Source: an uncultured bacterium (GTDB taxonomy: Bacteria > Caldisericota > Caldisericia > B22-G15). From it: a DNA stretch of 16,902 nt. Position numbers and translations under genes: made by a program. Position 1 is the first letter of the stretch; each line of letters begins with the position of its first letter. The stretch covers positions 1 through 16,902 of the forward strand of contig CBFDTJ010000028.1 in assembly GCA_965612865.1 (NCBI GenBank), in the 5' to 3' direction. Shown here piece after piece: positions 8,509 to 16,902 of the stretch. The notes under the pieces are model-generated. The model worked only from the letters and a program-made list of their open reading frames with translations. It ran no database searches and was not told the origin of the DNA.

Positions 8509-9683
8509 GATAACTCCTTTAAAACACTGGATATTACCTCAACTCCTTTATCAATCTCTCCTTTATTAATTATTAAAGGAGGAAGTAATCTTATTGTATC
8601 TTCCCCTGATGTTCCAACAATAACTCCTCTATCCAAAATTTTCTCTGCAATCTCTCTCGGTTTAAATTCATCAATGTATATTCCAACCATCAAGCCCATT
8701 CCCCCGATACCTTTAACAAATGGTATTCCCTTGAGTTTCTCGGTAAGCTTCATTTTAAGATACTCACCCTTAATATTTACCTCTGACAGAAACTCCTTCC
8801 TTGATATAAATTCGAGGACTGAGAGAGAGATTTTTGCAATAAGAGGATTTCCTCCAAAAGTGCATCCATGGGAACCATAATCCATAACCTCCGCCACCTT
8901 TTCTGTTGTAAGCACAGCGCCCATGGGAAGTCCACCTCCAAGAGCTTTTGCCATTGTTACAATGTCTGGTTTTATATCAAAGTGCATGAAACTCAAGAAC
9001 TTTCCTGTTCTTCCCATGCCTGTTTGAACTTCATCAATGACAAGCAAAACATCTTTCTCCTTAGTGAATTCTCTCACGAATGAAATGTAGTCTCTGTCAA
9101 CAACTCTCATTCCTCCCTCACCCTGAATAGTCTCCAGAAAAACACCAGCAGTTTCTGGTGTAAAAGCATCTAAAAATGCGTTTCTATCGTTTAGTGGAAC
9201 AAATTTTACACCATTTAAGAGCGGTTTAAACCCCCTATGATATTTTTCTCTCCCTGTAATTGAAAGAGAGCCCATGGTTCTCCCATGAAAGCTATTCTTT
9301 AAGGCAATAATTTCAAACTTTCCCTTAGATGAGCCGTACCTTCTAACCATTTTTATGGCAAGCTCATTGGCTTCTGTCCCGCTATTTGTGAAAAATATCT
9401 TCGGTAAGCCAGAAACTTCTGAAAGTTTCTTTAATAGGTGAGCAAGTTCCTCTGTATAGAATAGATTTGATACGTGAAGAAGTTTTCCTATCCCCTCTCT
9501 CAGAGCTGAGATAACTATCTCGTGATTATAACCAAGGGCGTTAACTCCAATACCTGAAAGGAAATCTATATATTCTCTTCCTTTATCGTCAAAAAGTTTT
9601 ACCCCTTTTCCCTCCTTTAATATTAGATTAAACCTTTTATAAACATTTAAATGATACTTCTCTGTAACTTCTTTTACATCCAT
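8505..9683 (-). CDS. argD: Acetylornithine aminotransferase (class III PLP)
   Basis: [65 protein letters not shown]; operon context. Confidence 0.93.
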   Translation of the reverse strand: MDVKEVTEKYHLNVYKRFNLILKEGKGVKLFDDKGREYIDFLSGIGVNALGYNHEIVISALREGIGKLLHVSNLFYTEELAHLLKKLSEVSGLPKIFFTNSGTEANELAIKMVRRYGSSKGKFEIIALKNSFHGRTMGSLSITGREKYHRGFKPLLNGVKFVPLNDRNAFLDAFTPETAGVFLETIQGEGGMRVVDRDYISFVREFTKEKDVLLVIDEVQTGMGRTGKFLSFMHFDIKPDIVTMAKALGGGLPMGAVLTTEKVAEVMDYGSHGCTFGGNPLIAKISLSVLEFISRKEFLSEVNIKGEYLKMKLTEKLKGIPFVKGIGGMGLMVGIYIDEFKPREIAEKILDRGVIVGTSGEDTIRLLPPLIINKGEIDKGVEVISSVLKELS

Positions 9684-9693
9684 ATCTCACCTC

Positions 9694-10866
9694 TTACGTG
9701 GTGTATCTTGAATTTATTACAACATACTCCTCTGTTAAATCAGAGGTTAGAAACTCCACTTCTTTATTCCCGTCCTTTAGGTCTATAATGATTTCCACTG
9801 TATCTTTTTTCAATTTTTCCTTTGCTCTTTTTCTATCAAATTCAACAACTCTACCGTTTTTAATAATGATTACTTCTCCAACAGACACATCTATATCCTC
9901 TCTTACTTTATCACTTAACGTTCCAATGGCTGCAATAATTCTTCCAAAATTTGGATCTTCACCATATATGGCTGTTTTTACAAGGTTTGAGTTTGCAACT
10001 CTTCTTGCTACATCCTTCCCAAAGGATTCACTCTCTGCATTTTTTACAATAATCCTTATAACCTTTGTAGCACCCTCTCCATCTTTAACTATCTGAAAGC
10101 TAAGGTCTTTACAAATCTCAAGGAGGGCATCTCTAAACATGTAAAAACTCTTACCTCTATCTATCCTGGGGCTTCCAGATCTTCCGTTTGCCATTATAAA
10201 AACAGAATCATTGGTACTCATACATCCATCAACACTTATTCGATTAAAAGTTCTATTTACACAAAACTTTAGCATCCTTCTTAAAACATCAAGTTCAATT
10301 CTTGCATCTGTCACTATAAATGCAAGCATCGTAGCCATATTGGGTTCTATCATACCTGAACCCTTTGCCATGCCAAGGATTCTTATCTCATTCCCCTTAT
10401 ATCTAAAATAGGTTGAGGCTTCCTTCTTCACTTTATCAGTTGTCATTATGGCTTCCTCAAAATCAGAAGTTCCATTTTTAGTTAGGGAGCTGACTGCAAG
10501 CTTGATTCCTTTCTCTATTTTTTTCATTGGAAGAGGTACTCCTATAACACCAGTGGATGCAACAAGAACATCTTCCTTGTTTAATTTGAGAAGTTTAGCT
10601 GTAATTTCTGTCATTCTCATGGCATCCTTTATGCCTTTTTCTCCATTTAGCGTGTTTGCATTGGCGCTATTAACAATGATTGCGCGTGATGTTCCAGATT
10701 TAAGATGCTCTTTTGAAACAGGGATGTGTGCACCTTTAAACTTATTCTTTGTAAAAACGGCAAAGCTTGAAGCTTCACTCAAGCTATAAATTAAACCTAC
10801 ATCTTTTCTTTTCCTTTTAAGACCAGCATGAACACCTGAAAATAAAAATCCTTTAACTTTCTTCAT
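9694..10866 (-). CDS. argJ: Ornithine acetyltransferase / glutamate N-acetyltransferase
   Basis: STGVIG, IMTTD, KGSGMIEPNMATML (autocleavage Thr), STND, DGEGATK, DPNFGRI, C-terminal YTT. Confidence 0.97.
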   Translation of the reverse strand: MKKVKGFLFSGVHAGLKRKRKDVGLIYSLSEASSFAVFTKNKFKGAHIPVSKEHLKSGTSRAIIVNSANANTLNGEKGIKDAMRMTEITAKLLKLNKEDVLVASTGVIGVPLPMKKIEKGIKLAVSSLTKNGTSDFEEAIMTTDKVKKEASTYFRYKGNEIRILGMAKGSGMIEPNMATMLAFIVTDARIELDVLRRMLKFCVNRTFNRISVDGCMSTNDSVFIMANGRSGSPRIDRGKSFYMFRDALLEICKDLSFQIVKDGEGATKVIRIIVKNAESESFGKDVARRVANSNLVKTAIYGEDPNFGRIIAAIGTLSDKVREDIDVSVGEVIIIKNGRVVEFDRKRAKEKLKKDTVEIIIDLKDGNKEVEFLTSDLTEEYVVINSRYTT

Positions 10867-11620
10867 TGCTTTCTCTCCTTATAATTGTTCCTTTTATATC
10901 AAAGCCCATTTCATTCCCAAAAGTACCTATAATAACCTCCTTAACCCCATTCCTTGCAGCATAAATTCCACCTTTTACCTTTGGAATCATACCGTTAGCA
11001 ATTACCTCCTCATCTATAAGTTTCTTAGCCTCTGAAGTTGTTATGCTCTTTACAATTGATCCATCCTTCCCTAAAATTCCCATCACATCAGTAATAAAAA
11101 CGAGTCTTTGGGAGTGGGTAGATACAGAAATATGTGCGGCAAAGGTATCTGCATTTATATTTAAAGTTTCTCCATGGGTACCATAACTTACAGGTGATAT
11201 AATTGGTACAAAACCATTTTTTAATAGAAGATTAATCAATTTTACATTTATACTAACAATATCTCCAACATAGCCAAACTCAGGGTTCTTCCTCACTGCA
11301 ATGACCATTCCTCCATCTTTTCCTGATATTCCAACAGCTGGGATTTCCTTTGAAAGAAAATTAGATACAATCCTCTTATTTACCTTGCCAGAGAGTATCA
11401 TTTCTATCAACTGGATATCCTCTCTATCAGTAGCCCTTAAACCCTCTATAAATCTTGATTTTATCCCCCTTAGCTCGAACTCTTTTGTTATTTCTTTTCC
11501 TCCACCGTGAACAATAATAGCCTCATTTCCTTTATCAAGTTCATCTTTTGTTCTCTTAACCAAGATAGGAAGGTTTTCTCCTTCAATAAATTTTCCTGTA
11601 ATCTTTACTACTATCCTCAC
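10853..11620 (-). CDS. argB: Acetylglutamate kinase
   Basis: IVHGGG, FIEGLRAT, AVGISGKDG, GYVGDI, LNINAD, TDVMG, GMIPKV; GTG start overlaps the argC stop (GTGA). Confidence 0.95.
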   Translation of the reverse strand: MRIVVKITGKFIEGENLPILVKRTKDELDKGNEAIIVHGGGKEITKEFELRGIKSRFIEGLRATDREDIQLIEMILSGKVNKRIVSNFLSKEIPAVGISGKDGGMVIAVRKNPEFGYVGDIVSINVKLINLLLKNGFVPIISPVSYGTHGETLNINADTFAAHISVSTHSQRLVFITDVMGILGKDGSIVKSITTSEAKKLIDEEVIANGMIPKVKGGIYAARNGVKEVIIGTFGNEMGFDIKGTIIRRESNEES

Positions 11621-12615
11621 AGAGATATACCTCTTTCAGTTAGACCTTCATCTTCTCTGAAACCGGTCATTATATTCATATTTTGAATTGCCTGACCTGC
11701 TGCACCCTTAACAAGGTTATCTATAGTAGAAACTATAATTCCTAAATCTTCCTCCTCCAAAAAACCTATATCACATCTATTGGAATAAACCACATCTTTA
11801 ATCTGGGGAAAGGAACCTGAAGGATAAAGTTTTACAAACTTTTCTTTCCCATAAAACTCTGTTAAAATTTTCTCCATTACCCCTATCTTTTTCAATTTAA
11901 AATAGATTGTTGAAAGAATTCCTCTTCTTATTGGCAAGAGGGATGCAGTAAAATAGACTTTCCTTTTAAGGATGTACTCCATTTCTCCAACATGTCTGTG
12001 GCTTCTACCAAGAGAGTAGACCTTAAAATTCTCATAAACATTAACAAAATGGGTGGTTTCCTTTGGTTTTCTTCCAGCACCTGTCACACCTGATTTAGAA
12101 TCAACTAATATTGTGTCCTCCTTTACCACTCCGTTTTTTATAAGAGGGTAGAGAGGTAAAATAACAGAGGTTGGATAGCAACCGGGATTTCCAACGATAC
12201 TTGCATTTCTTATCTCTTCCCTGAAAATTTCTGGTAGTCCATAAACTGTTTCTTTTAAGTATCCTGGAGATTGGTGTTTAACTTTGTACCATTCCTCAAA
12301 TACTCTTTTGTCTCTAAACCTTGAATCACCAGATAAATCAACGAACTTGATCCCCTTCTTATACAGGTGGTTTGCAAACGGTGCCGACTTTGTATGTGGA
12401 AGGGCTAAGAAGCAGAAATCCACCTTTCTTTCTTTTCCTTCCTCGTGAGAAATAAACTTAATGTTAAGTGGGAGATTTGGGAAAACACTGGATACGACAT
12501 TGCCGTTAAACTCGTTTGAAGTCACAAAAGCTATTTCAACATTTTTATGAGATGTGAGTATCCTTATAAGCTCCTGGCCAACAAAACCGCTTCCACCAAA
12601 GATTCCTATTTTCAT
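11617..12615 (-). CDS. argC: N-acetyl-gamma-glutamyl-phosphate reductase
   Basis: GGSGFVG, LALPH, DLSGDSR, YGLPE, GNPGCYPT, SGVTGAGR, HRH, IDNLVKGAAGQAIQNMN. Confidence 0.97.
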   Translation of the reverse strand: MKIGIFGGSGFVGQELIRILTSHKNVEIAFVTSNEFNGNVVSSVFPNLPLNIKFISHEEGKERKVDFCFLALPHTKSAPFANHLYKKGIKFVDLSGDSRFRDKRVFEEWYKVKHQSPGYLKETVYGLPEIFREEIRNASIVGNPGCYPTSVILPLYPLIKNGVVKEDTILVDSKSGVTGAGRKPKETTHFVNVYENFKVYSLGRSHRHVGEMEYILKRKVYFTASLLPIRRGILSTIYFKLKKIGVMEKILTEFYGKEKFVKLYPSGSFPQIKDVVYSNRCDIGFLEEEDLGIIVSTIDNLVKGAAGQAIQNMNIMTGFREDEGLTERGISL

Positions 12616-13073
12616 TTCTCACCCCTTAGTTTTTTAAGAACCTTTAAAACTTTATTAACCTTGCTCTTCTCTGAAATTGCAAGAATAGTATCATCACCTG
12701 CTATTGTTCCAAGAACTCCTTTAATATCGTATTCGTCAATGAGTCTTGCAATTCCTGTAGCACTTCCAGGGGTTGTCTTTATAAGAATAAGGTTATCTGT
12801 ATGTTTAATATCTTTTACAAAATTATTAAAGGATACCTTTAGCTTTGTTAAAAGTTTTTCTGAATCCTCATCTGGTATTTTATAAAAACATCTTCCAGCC
12901 TTCTTTACCTTAACAGCTCCAAGCTCTTTTAAATCCCTTGCAACGGTAGCCTGAGTGACTTTAAATCCGCGCCTCTTTAGAAGAGTAACCAGTTCTTCCT
13001 GGTTTCTTATCTCTTTCTTCTTTAGAAACCTTTCAATAAGTTTCAGCCGTTTTTCTTTAGTATAATTATTCAT
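12612..13073 (-). CDS. argR: Arginine repressor
   Basis: QEELVxxL...VTQATVARDLKELG winged helix; C-terminal KTTPG and GTIAGDDT arginine-binding motif. Start placed at ATG 13073 (153 aa). Confidence 0.96.
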   Translation of the reverse strand: MNNYTKEKRLKLIERFLKKKEIRNQEELVTLLKRRGFKVTQATVARDLKELGAVKVKKAGRCFYKIPDEDSEKLLTKLKVSFNNFVKDIKHTDNLILIKTTPGSATGIARLIDEYDIKGVLGTIAGDDTILAISEKSKVNKVLKVLKKLRGEK

Positions 13074-13095
13074 ATTATATGAATAATTATACAAA
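13057..13095 (-). promoter_or_regulatory. Tandem ARG boxes (ArgR operator) overlapping the -10 element and the argR start codon
   Basis: Minus strand ttTGTATaattATTCAta (13095-13078), 3-nt spacer, taTGAATaattATACTaa (13074-13057); canonical 18-3-18 geometry. Confidence 0.88.
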
Positions 13096-13097
13096 TT

Positions 13098-13958
13098 TTA
13101 GGATTTGTCAAGCCCCTTTTCCGAAATTAGTATTCCTGAAATAATAAGAATTCCTCCTATTATGTCAAGAACAGAGGGTGTTTCTCTAAAGAAAAGAATT
13201 CCCAGAAGTGTAGCTCCTATGGGTTCACCAAGAATTGTTATCGCTATAAATGTAGGGGAGAAGAATTTTAGTGACCAGTTGAATATAGAGTGACCTATTA
13301 CCTGAGGGATAAGGGCAAGGAGAAAAAAGAGAGTATATTCTTTTAAAGGAAATCCAAAAAGGGGAACTTTTAAGGAAAACGAGAAGAGAAGTAGAAACAA
13401 AAAACTTATAGTGTAAACAGGAAAGATAAGATCAAGAAGTTTATATCTTTTTCTCAAAACAGAGGAAGATATAAGATAGAGGGAGGCAAAAACCGCTCCG
13501 AGCAATGCAAGTATATTACCAAAGGCTTTCCCTGACGAGAACCTTCCGCTGTAGGACATAAGGAAGGAACCAAGAATGGATATAATTATTGCAATTATCG
13601 TTTTTTTATCCGTTCTTTTTTTGAAAAGAATGTATGAAAAGATAGCAACAAATAGCGGATTTGTGGTTACAAGCACTGTTGAATTCATTATGGATGTATA
13701 TTTTAGCGATGTAATCCAGCTAAAGAAGTGAAGCGAAAGAAAGAAACCAGCAAGTACAAATAACTTTATATCCTCTTTTTGGTATTTTTTCTCTGAGTAT
13801 AGTAAAAAAATGGGAAGAATAAGAATAGAGCTTATTCCAAGCCTGAATGTGGCTATAGTTAAGGGAGGGGCAGAGGAGAATCTTATAAATATTGCCGCAA
13901 AGGAAACAGACACAACTGCTATAAATATAAGTACGAAATGTATCCAGCTCTTTTTCAT
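13098..13958 (-). CDS. DMT/EamA family transporter
   Basis: About 10 hydrophobic segments in two EamA halves; AAIFIR, LSLHFFSWITSLKYTS, PQVIGHSIFNWSL, GEPIGATLLG. Start taken as ATG 13958. Confidence 0.92.
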   Translation of the reverse strand: MKKSWIHFVLIFIAVVSVSFAAIFIRFSSAPPLTIATFRLGISSILILPIFLLYSEKKYQKEDIKLFVLAGFFLSLHFFSWITSLKYTSIMNSTVLVTTNPLFVAIFSYILFKKRTDKKTIIAIIISILGSFLMSYSGRFSSGKAFGNILALLGAVFASLYLISSSVLRKRYKLLDLIFPVYTISFLFLLLFSFSLKVPLFGFPLKEYTLFFLLALIPQVIGHSIFNWSLKFFSPTFIAITILGEPIGATLLGILFFRETPSVLDIIGGILIISGILISEKGLDKS

Positions 13959-13974
13959 TAAATAATTATACATA
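13957..13974 (-). promoter_or_regulatory. -10 element embedded in a single ARG-like box at the DMT gene start
   Basis: taTGTATaattATTTAat shares TGTATAATTATT with argR box 1; TATAAT (13970-13965) is 6 nt from the ATG; no SD. Confidence 0.55.
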
Positions 13975-13980
13975 ATTTTG

Positions 13981-14008
13981 TTGACTAACTAATTTTTACT
14001 GGTAAAAT
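13981..14008 (+). promoter_or_regulatory. Sigma70-type promoter of glnA
   Basis: TTGACT (13981-13986), 16 nt, TAAAAT (14003-14008) with extended TG; SD GGAGGTAGGAG before ATG 14032. Confidence 0.65.
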
Positions 14009-14031
14009 AAGTGAAAAACGGAGGTAGGAGA

Positions 14032-15360
14032 ATGACAAAGGAAGAAATCCTCAAAAGGGTTGATGAAGAAGGAATCAAATTTATAAGATTGCAATTTGTA
14101 GATATAATGGGAATACCAAAAAATGTCGAGATACCTGTCTCTGTAATTGAAAACGCACTTGATAATGGAGTTCTATTTGACGGTTCATCTATTGAGGGGT
14201 TTGTAAGAATTGAAGAATCTGATATGCTCCTTGTTCCAGATACAAATACTTTCTCTGTACTTCCATGGACAACAGCTGGAAGTCCTGTGGCAAGAATAAT
14301 ATGTGATGTTAAGAAAGCAGATGGAACCCCTTTTCTTGGTGATCCAAGATACATTTTAAAGAGAGAAATGGAGAAGGTTAGAAAAGAATTTGGCTATGTA
14401 ATGAATGCGGGTCCTGAAGCAGAATTTTTCCTCTTTAAGAGAGATGAAGAGGGAAACCCAACAACAATTACGCACGACAGCGGAAGTTACTTTGATTTAC
14501 TTCCAAGGGATCTTGGAGAGAAAGTGAGAGAGGAAATTGTAACAACCCTTCAGAGCATGGGGTTTGAGGTTGAAGCAGCGCACCATGAAGTGGCAGAGGG
14601 ACAGCATGAGATAGATTTTAGATACTCCGATGCTCTAAGAACAGCAGATAATGTGGTAACTTTCAAACTTGTAACAAAAACAATTGCCCTCAAATACAAC
14701 CTTCATGCAACATTTATGCCTAAACCTGTTAGGGGAATAAATGGCTCAGGTATGCATACTCATCTTTCCCTGTTTAATGAAAAAGGGGAGAATATCTTCT
14801 ATGATAAAAATGGAAAATTTGAACTTTCAGATGAAGCTTTGTACTTTATCGGGGGAATCCTAAAACATGCAAGGGGGATATCCTTTATTGCAAATCCACT
14901 TGTCAATTCCTACAAGAGACTTGTGCCTGGATATGAAGCACCTGTGTATATATCCTGGGCCCTAAGAAACAGATCTGCCCTAATAAGAGTTCCTGCAGCA
15001 AGAGGAAAAGCAACAAGGGTAGAGTTTCGCTCTCCTGATCCATCCGCAAATCCATATCTTGCTTTTGCCTTAATGCTTGCTGCTGGAGTTGATGGAATAA
15101 GGAATAGAATTGACCCCAAAGAACCAACAAATATAGATATCTATGAGTTAGCAGATGAAGATAGAAAAAGAATGGGAATAAAAACTCTTCCCGGGAATTT
15201 AATGGAAGCAATGGAAGAATTTCTAAAGGATTCTATACTTGTAGAAACCATTGGAGAACACATTATAGAAAAGCTCGTGGATGCAAAGAAGAAAGAGTGG
15301 GATGACTTTAGAATCCACGTAACAGACTGGGAACTAAAAAGATATCTCTGTATATATTAG
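14032..15360 (+). CDS. glnA: Glutamine synthetase type I (GSI-alpha-like)
   Basis: FDGSSIEGFVRIEESDM, GPEAEFFLF, HHEVAEGQHEIDF, ATFMPKP, NGSGMH, NSYKRLVPGYEAP, NRSALIRVP, EFRSPDPSANPY. Confidence 0.98.
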   Translation: MTKEEILKRVDEEGIKFIRLQFVDIMGIPKNVEIPVSVIENALDNGVLFDGSSIEGFVRIEESDMLLVPDTNTFSVLPWTTAGSPVARIICDVKKADGTPFLGDPRYILKREMEKVRKEFGYVMNAGPEAEFFLFKRDEEGNPTTITHDSGSYFDLLPRDLGEKVREEIVTTLQSMGFEVEAAHHEVAEGQHEIDFRYSDALRTADNVVTFKLVTKTIALKYNLHATFMPKPVRGINGSGMHTHLSLFNEKGENIFYDKNGKFELSDEALYFIGGILKHARGISFIANPLVNSYKRLVPGYEAPVYISWALRNRSALIRVPAARGKATRVEFRSPDPSANPYLAFALMLAAGVDGIRNRIDPKEPTNIDIYELADEDRKRMGIKTLPGNLMEAMEEFLKDSILVETIGEHIIEKLVDAKKKEWDDFRIHVTDWELKRYLCIY

Positions 15361-15361
15361 A

Positions 15362-15400
15362 GAAGCAACCCAGAGCTAAAACCCCTGTTATGTTTGCTTC
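15362..15400. terminator. Imperfect stem-loop between convergent genes; possible terminator or 3' stabiliser
   Basis: GAAGCAA (15362-15368) pairs with TTGCTTC (15394-15400), with inner CAG/CTG pairing; no clear U-tract. Confidence 0.25.
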
Positions 15401-15449
15401 CATATACGAGTCTATCTCCAGTTTAACGAAGCTATCTATTGATCTATCT

Positions 15450-16283
15450 TTAATTCTTCTTGTTAAGATTTATAACCACAGGGGGAATTTTGTTTGTTAC
15501 GCCCCAGGATAAAGCGCCTGTGGGACAAGCTTCTATGCACTTACCGCATCTAATACAGTTGAGATTGGTTAAATCCTCGTAAACCTTTATATCGAAGGGA
15601 CATGCTTTTCTACATAAATCACAATCTATGCACTTATCCTTATCCATCTTTATCTGGAAGTATGAAACCTTGTTAAAGAATCCTATAAATGCACCGAGAG
15701 GACAGAAATAATGACAGAAGGGTCTTTCTTCAAAGATAGACCAGATGGTCAGGAGTATCAGAATTATTAATTTTGAATAAAACAGTGTACCTGCAAGGGC
15801 TCTTAAGGCAGGTTTTATAATTAGCTGGGGAATTCCCGCAGTTAATGTCCCTGCTGGACAAATTTTACAGAATAGTGTTTCATGGGAGATAATGGATCCA
15901 ATAACAACAAGACCTATCAAAACATACTTTGAATAAACTAGATATGGGATTTTTGGTTTTATCTTTTTTGTCTTTATCCTAAAGAGTAAATCCTGATAAA
16001 AACCAAAGGGGCACATATAACCACATGTATACCTTCCAAAGAAAATAAAGATAAGAGAAATGATTCCTATTGTATAAAAAGGTATCATACCCACAATAAG
16101 GAGATGCTGAATTGTTCCAACAGGACATGCTCCTGTTGCAAGGGGACAGGAGTAGCAGTAAAGCACCGGCATAGGCACTCTCTTTAAATACATTGAAAGA
16201 AATGGAAGATTGTAAAACACAGCAAAGAGTGTCTGTATAAGTATTTTTCCTTTTAAGGTGAAAATCGTGAAGCGCTTCTTCAA
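15450..16283 (-). CDS. Membrane 4Fe-4S binding protein (NapH/MauN-like polyferredoxin)
   Basis: CYSCP..ACPVG, GRYTCGYMCPFG, FCKICPAG, RPFCHYFCPLGA, two CxxCxxCxxxCP motifs and TM helices. Likely TTG start at 16283 overlaps the upstream stop (TTGA). Confidence 0.9.
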   Translation of the reverse strand: MKKRFTIFTLKGKILIQTLFAVFYNLPFLSMYLKRVPMPVLYCYSCPLATGACPVGTIQHLLIVGMIPFYTIGIISLIFIFFGRYTCGYMCPFGFYQDLLFRIKTKKIKPKIPYLVYSKYVLIGLVVIGSIISHETLFCKICPAGTLTAGIPQLIIKPALRALAGTLFYSKLIILILLTIWSIFEERPFCHYFCPLGAFIGFFNKVSYFQIKMDKDKCIDCDLCRKACPFDIKVYEDLTNLNCIRCGKCIEACPTGALSWGVTNKIPPVVINLNKKN

Positions 16284-16420
16284 TCTATTCCAATGCATGA
16301 GAAACAGATAAGAACAGCATTCTTTAAGACCTCAAACCACTCCTTGTTCATTAACCCAATGATTATAAAAATGATAAAACCAAAAATTAAAACAATTCTA
16401 AAATCAAATCTCCTCTTCAT
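16280..16420 (-). CDS. 46-aa membrane CxxC protein (CD1871A-like family)
   Basis: Manual translation MKRRFDFRIVLIFGFIIFIIIGLMNKEWFEVLKNAVLICFSCIGID*; one TM helix and C-terminal ICxxCIGI; coupled to the 4Fe-4S gene. Confidence 0.85.
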   Translation of the reverse strand: MKRRFDFRIVLIFGFIIFIIIGLMNKEWFEVLKNAVLICFSCIGID

Positions 16421-16459
16421 TTTGTAAGTTTTTTAATTATCATATAATAACTCTTTCCT

Positions 16460-16902
16460 TTAAGATTCACTCTTATCTCCTAACAAGAATTTTACAACAT
16501 CTTTACCTATTTTTTCAAAAGTCTCTTCCCCTATTCTTAAATTCCTGTTAATGGCTTTTTCACTAAAATCAAGAACCGCTGAAAGTTCCTCCTCTGGATA
16601 AACAAGAAAAATTTCTCTATCTCTAAATTTAAAAATGTAAGTTCCCTCTCTACTCCATTTATCCATCTCTTTTTTTACAAGTTTCCTTGTAACATTCTCA
16701 ATTAAAGCATTGAAAGGGTGAAGGAATGAATAGGTTGATGAAACTTTCCACTTTCCAAAAGGCTCATGAACTATGGCAATAATTTTCTTTACATCGCTCA
16801 CCTCAACCAAAGGTTCAAGAGGAAGCGGCGAGTAAACTCCTCCATCTATAAGAATCTCTCCATTAAATTCAACAGAGGGGAAAAAGTATGGAATAGATGA
16901 AG
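16460..16902 (-). CDS. Patatin-like phospholipase, C-terminal part (5' end outside window)
   Basis: The frame stays open to the window end: SSIPYFFPSVEFNGEILIDGGVYSPLP, matching the patatin S-x-IPxxFP and DGG motifs. Confidence 0.8.
   Translation of the reverse strand, partial: SSIPYFFPSVEFNGEILIDGGVYSPLPLEPLVEVSDVKKIIAIVHEPFGKWKVSSTYSFLHPFNALIENVTRKLVKKEMDKWSREGTYIFKFRDREIFLVYPEEELSAVLDFSEKAINRNLRIGEETFEKIGKDVVKFLLGDKSES

Noticed and set aside
13975..14031. GlnR/TnrA operator upstream of glnA
   Set aside because: No TGTNA-N7-TNACA match and no adjacent glnR
457..15211. Many 60-143-aa alternative ORFs in the track (e.g. 1168-1521, 8449-8880, 9698-10096, 13989-14354)
   Set aside because: Antisense or off-frame shadows of well-supported genes, without motifs
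15308..15403. 31-aa minus-strand ORF MEANITGVLALGCF... between the convergent genes
   Set aside because: Overlaps the glnA 3' end in antisense, SD spacing is poor and there is no recognisable motif

Overview
This AT-rich bacterial contig end begins with 70 nt of untrimmed Illumina Nextera adapter. Genomic content, in order: a truncated Hsp20 gene (-); a radical SAM gene (+); two secreted copper-amine-oxidase-N ('stalk') domain proteins (+), one with a PQQ-like beta-propeller and one 1107-aa mosaic protein with TSP3-like Ca-binding repeats, a beta-sandwich and a transglutaminase-like Cys/His domain; a nested palindrome containing an Xer dif/cer-like core where gene orientation converges (6015-6070); an argR-C-B-J-D-G-H operon (-) with tandem ARG boxes; a DMT transporter (-) with an ARG-like box; a divergent glnA (+); a membrane 4Fe-4S protein preceded by a 46-aa CxxC protein missed by the ORF track (-); and a partial patatin-like phospholipase (-). 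The stalk-domain proteins and composition suggest Caldisericia or a similar anaerobe, which is inference only. The most unusual elements are the Xer-like site and the large mosaic exoprotein.
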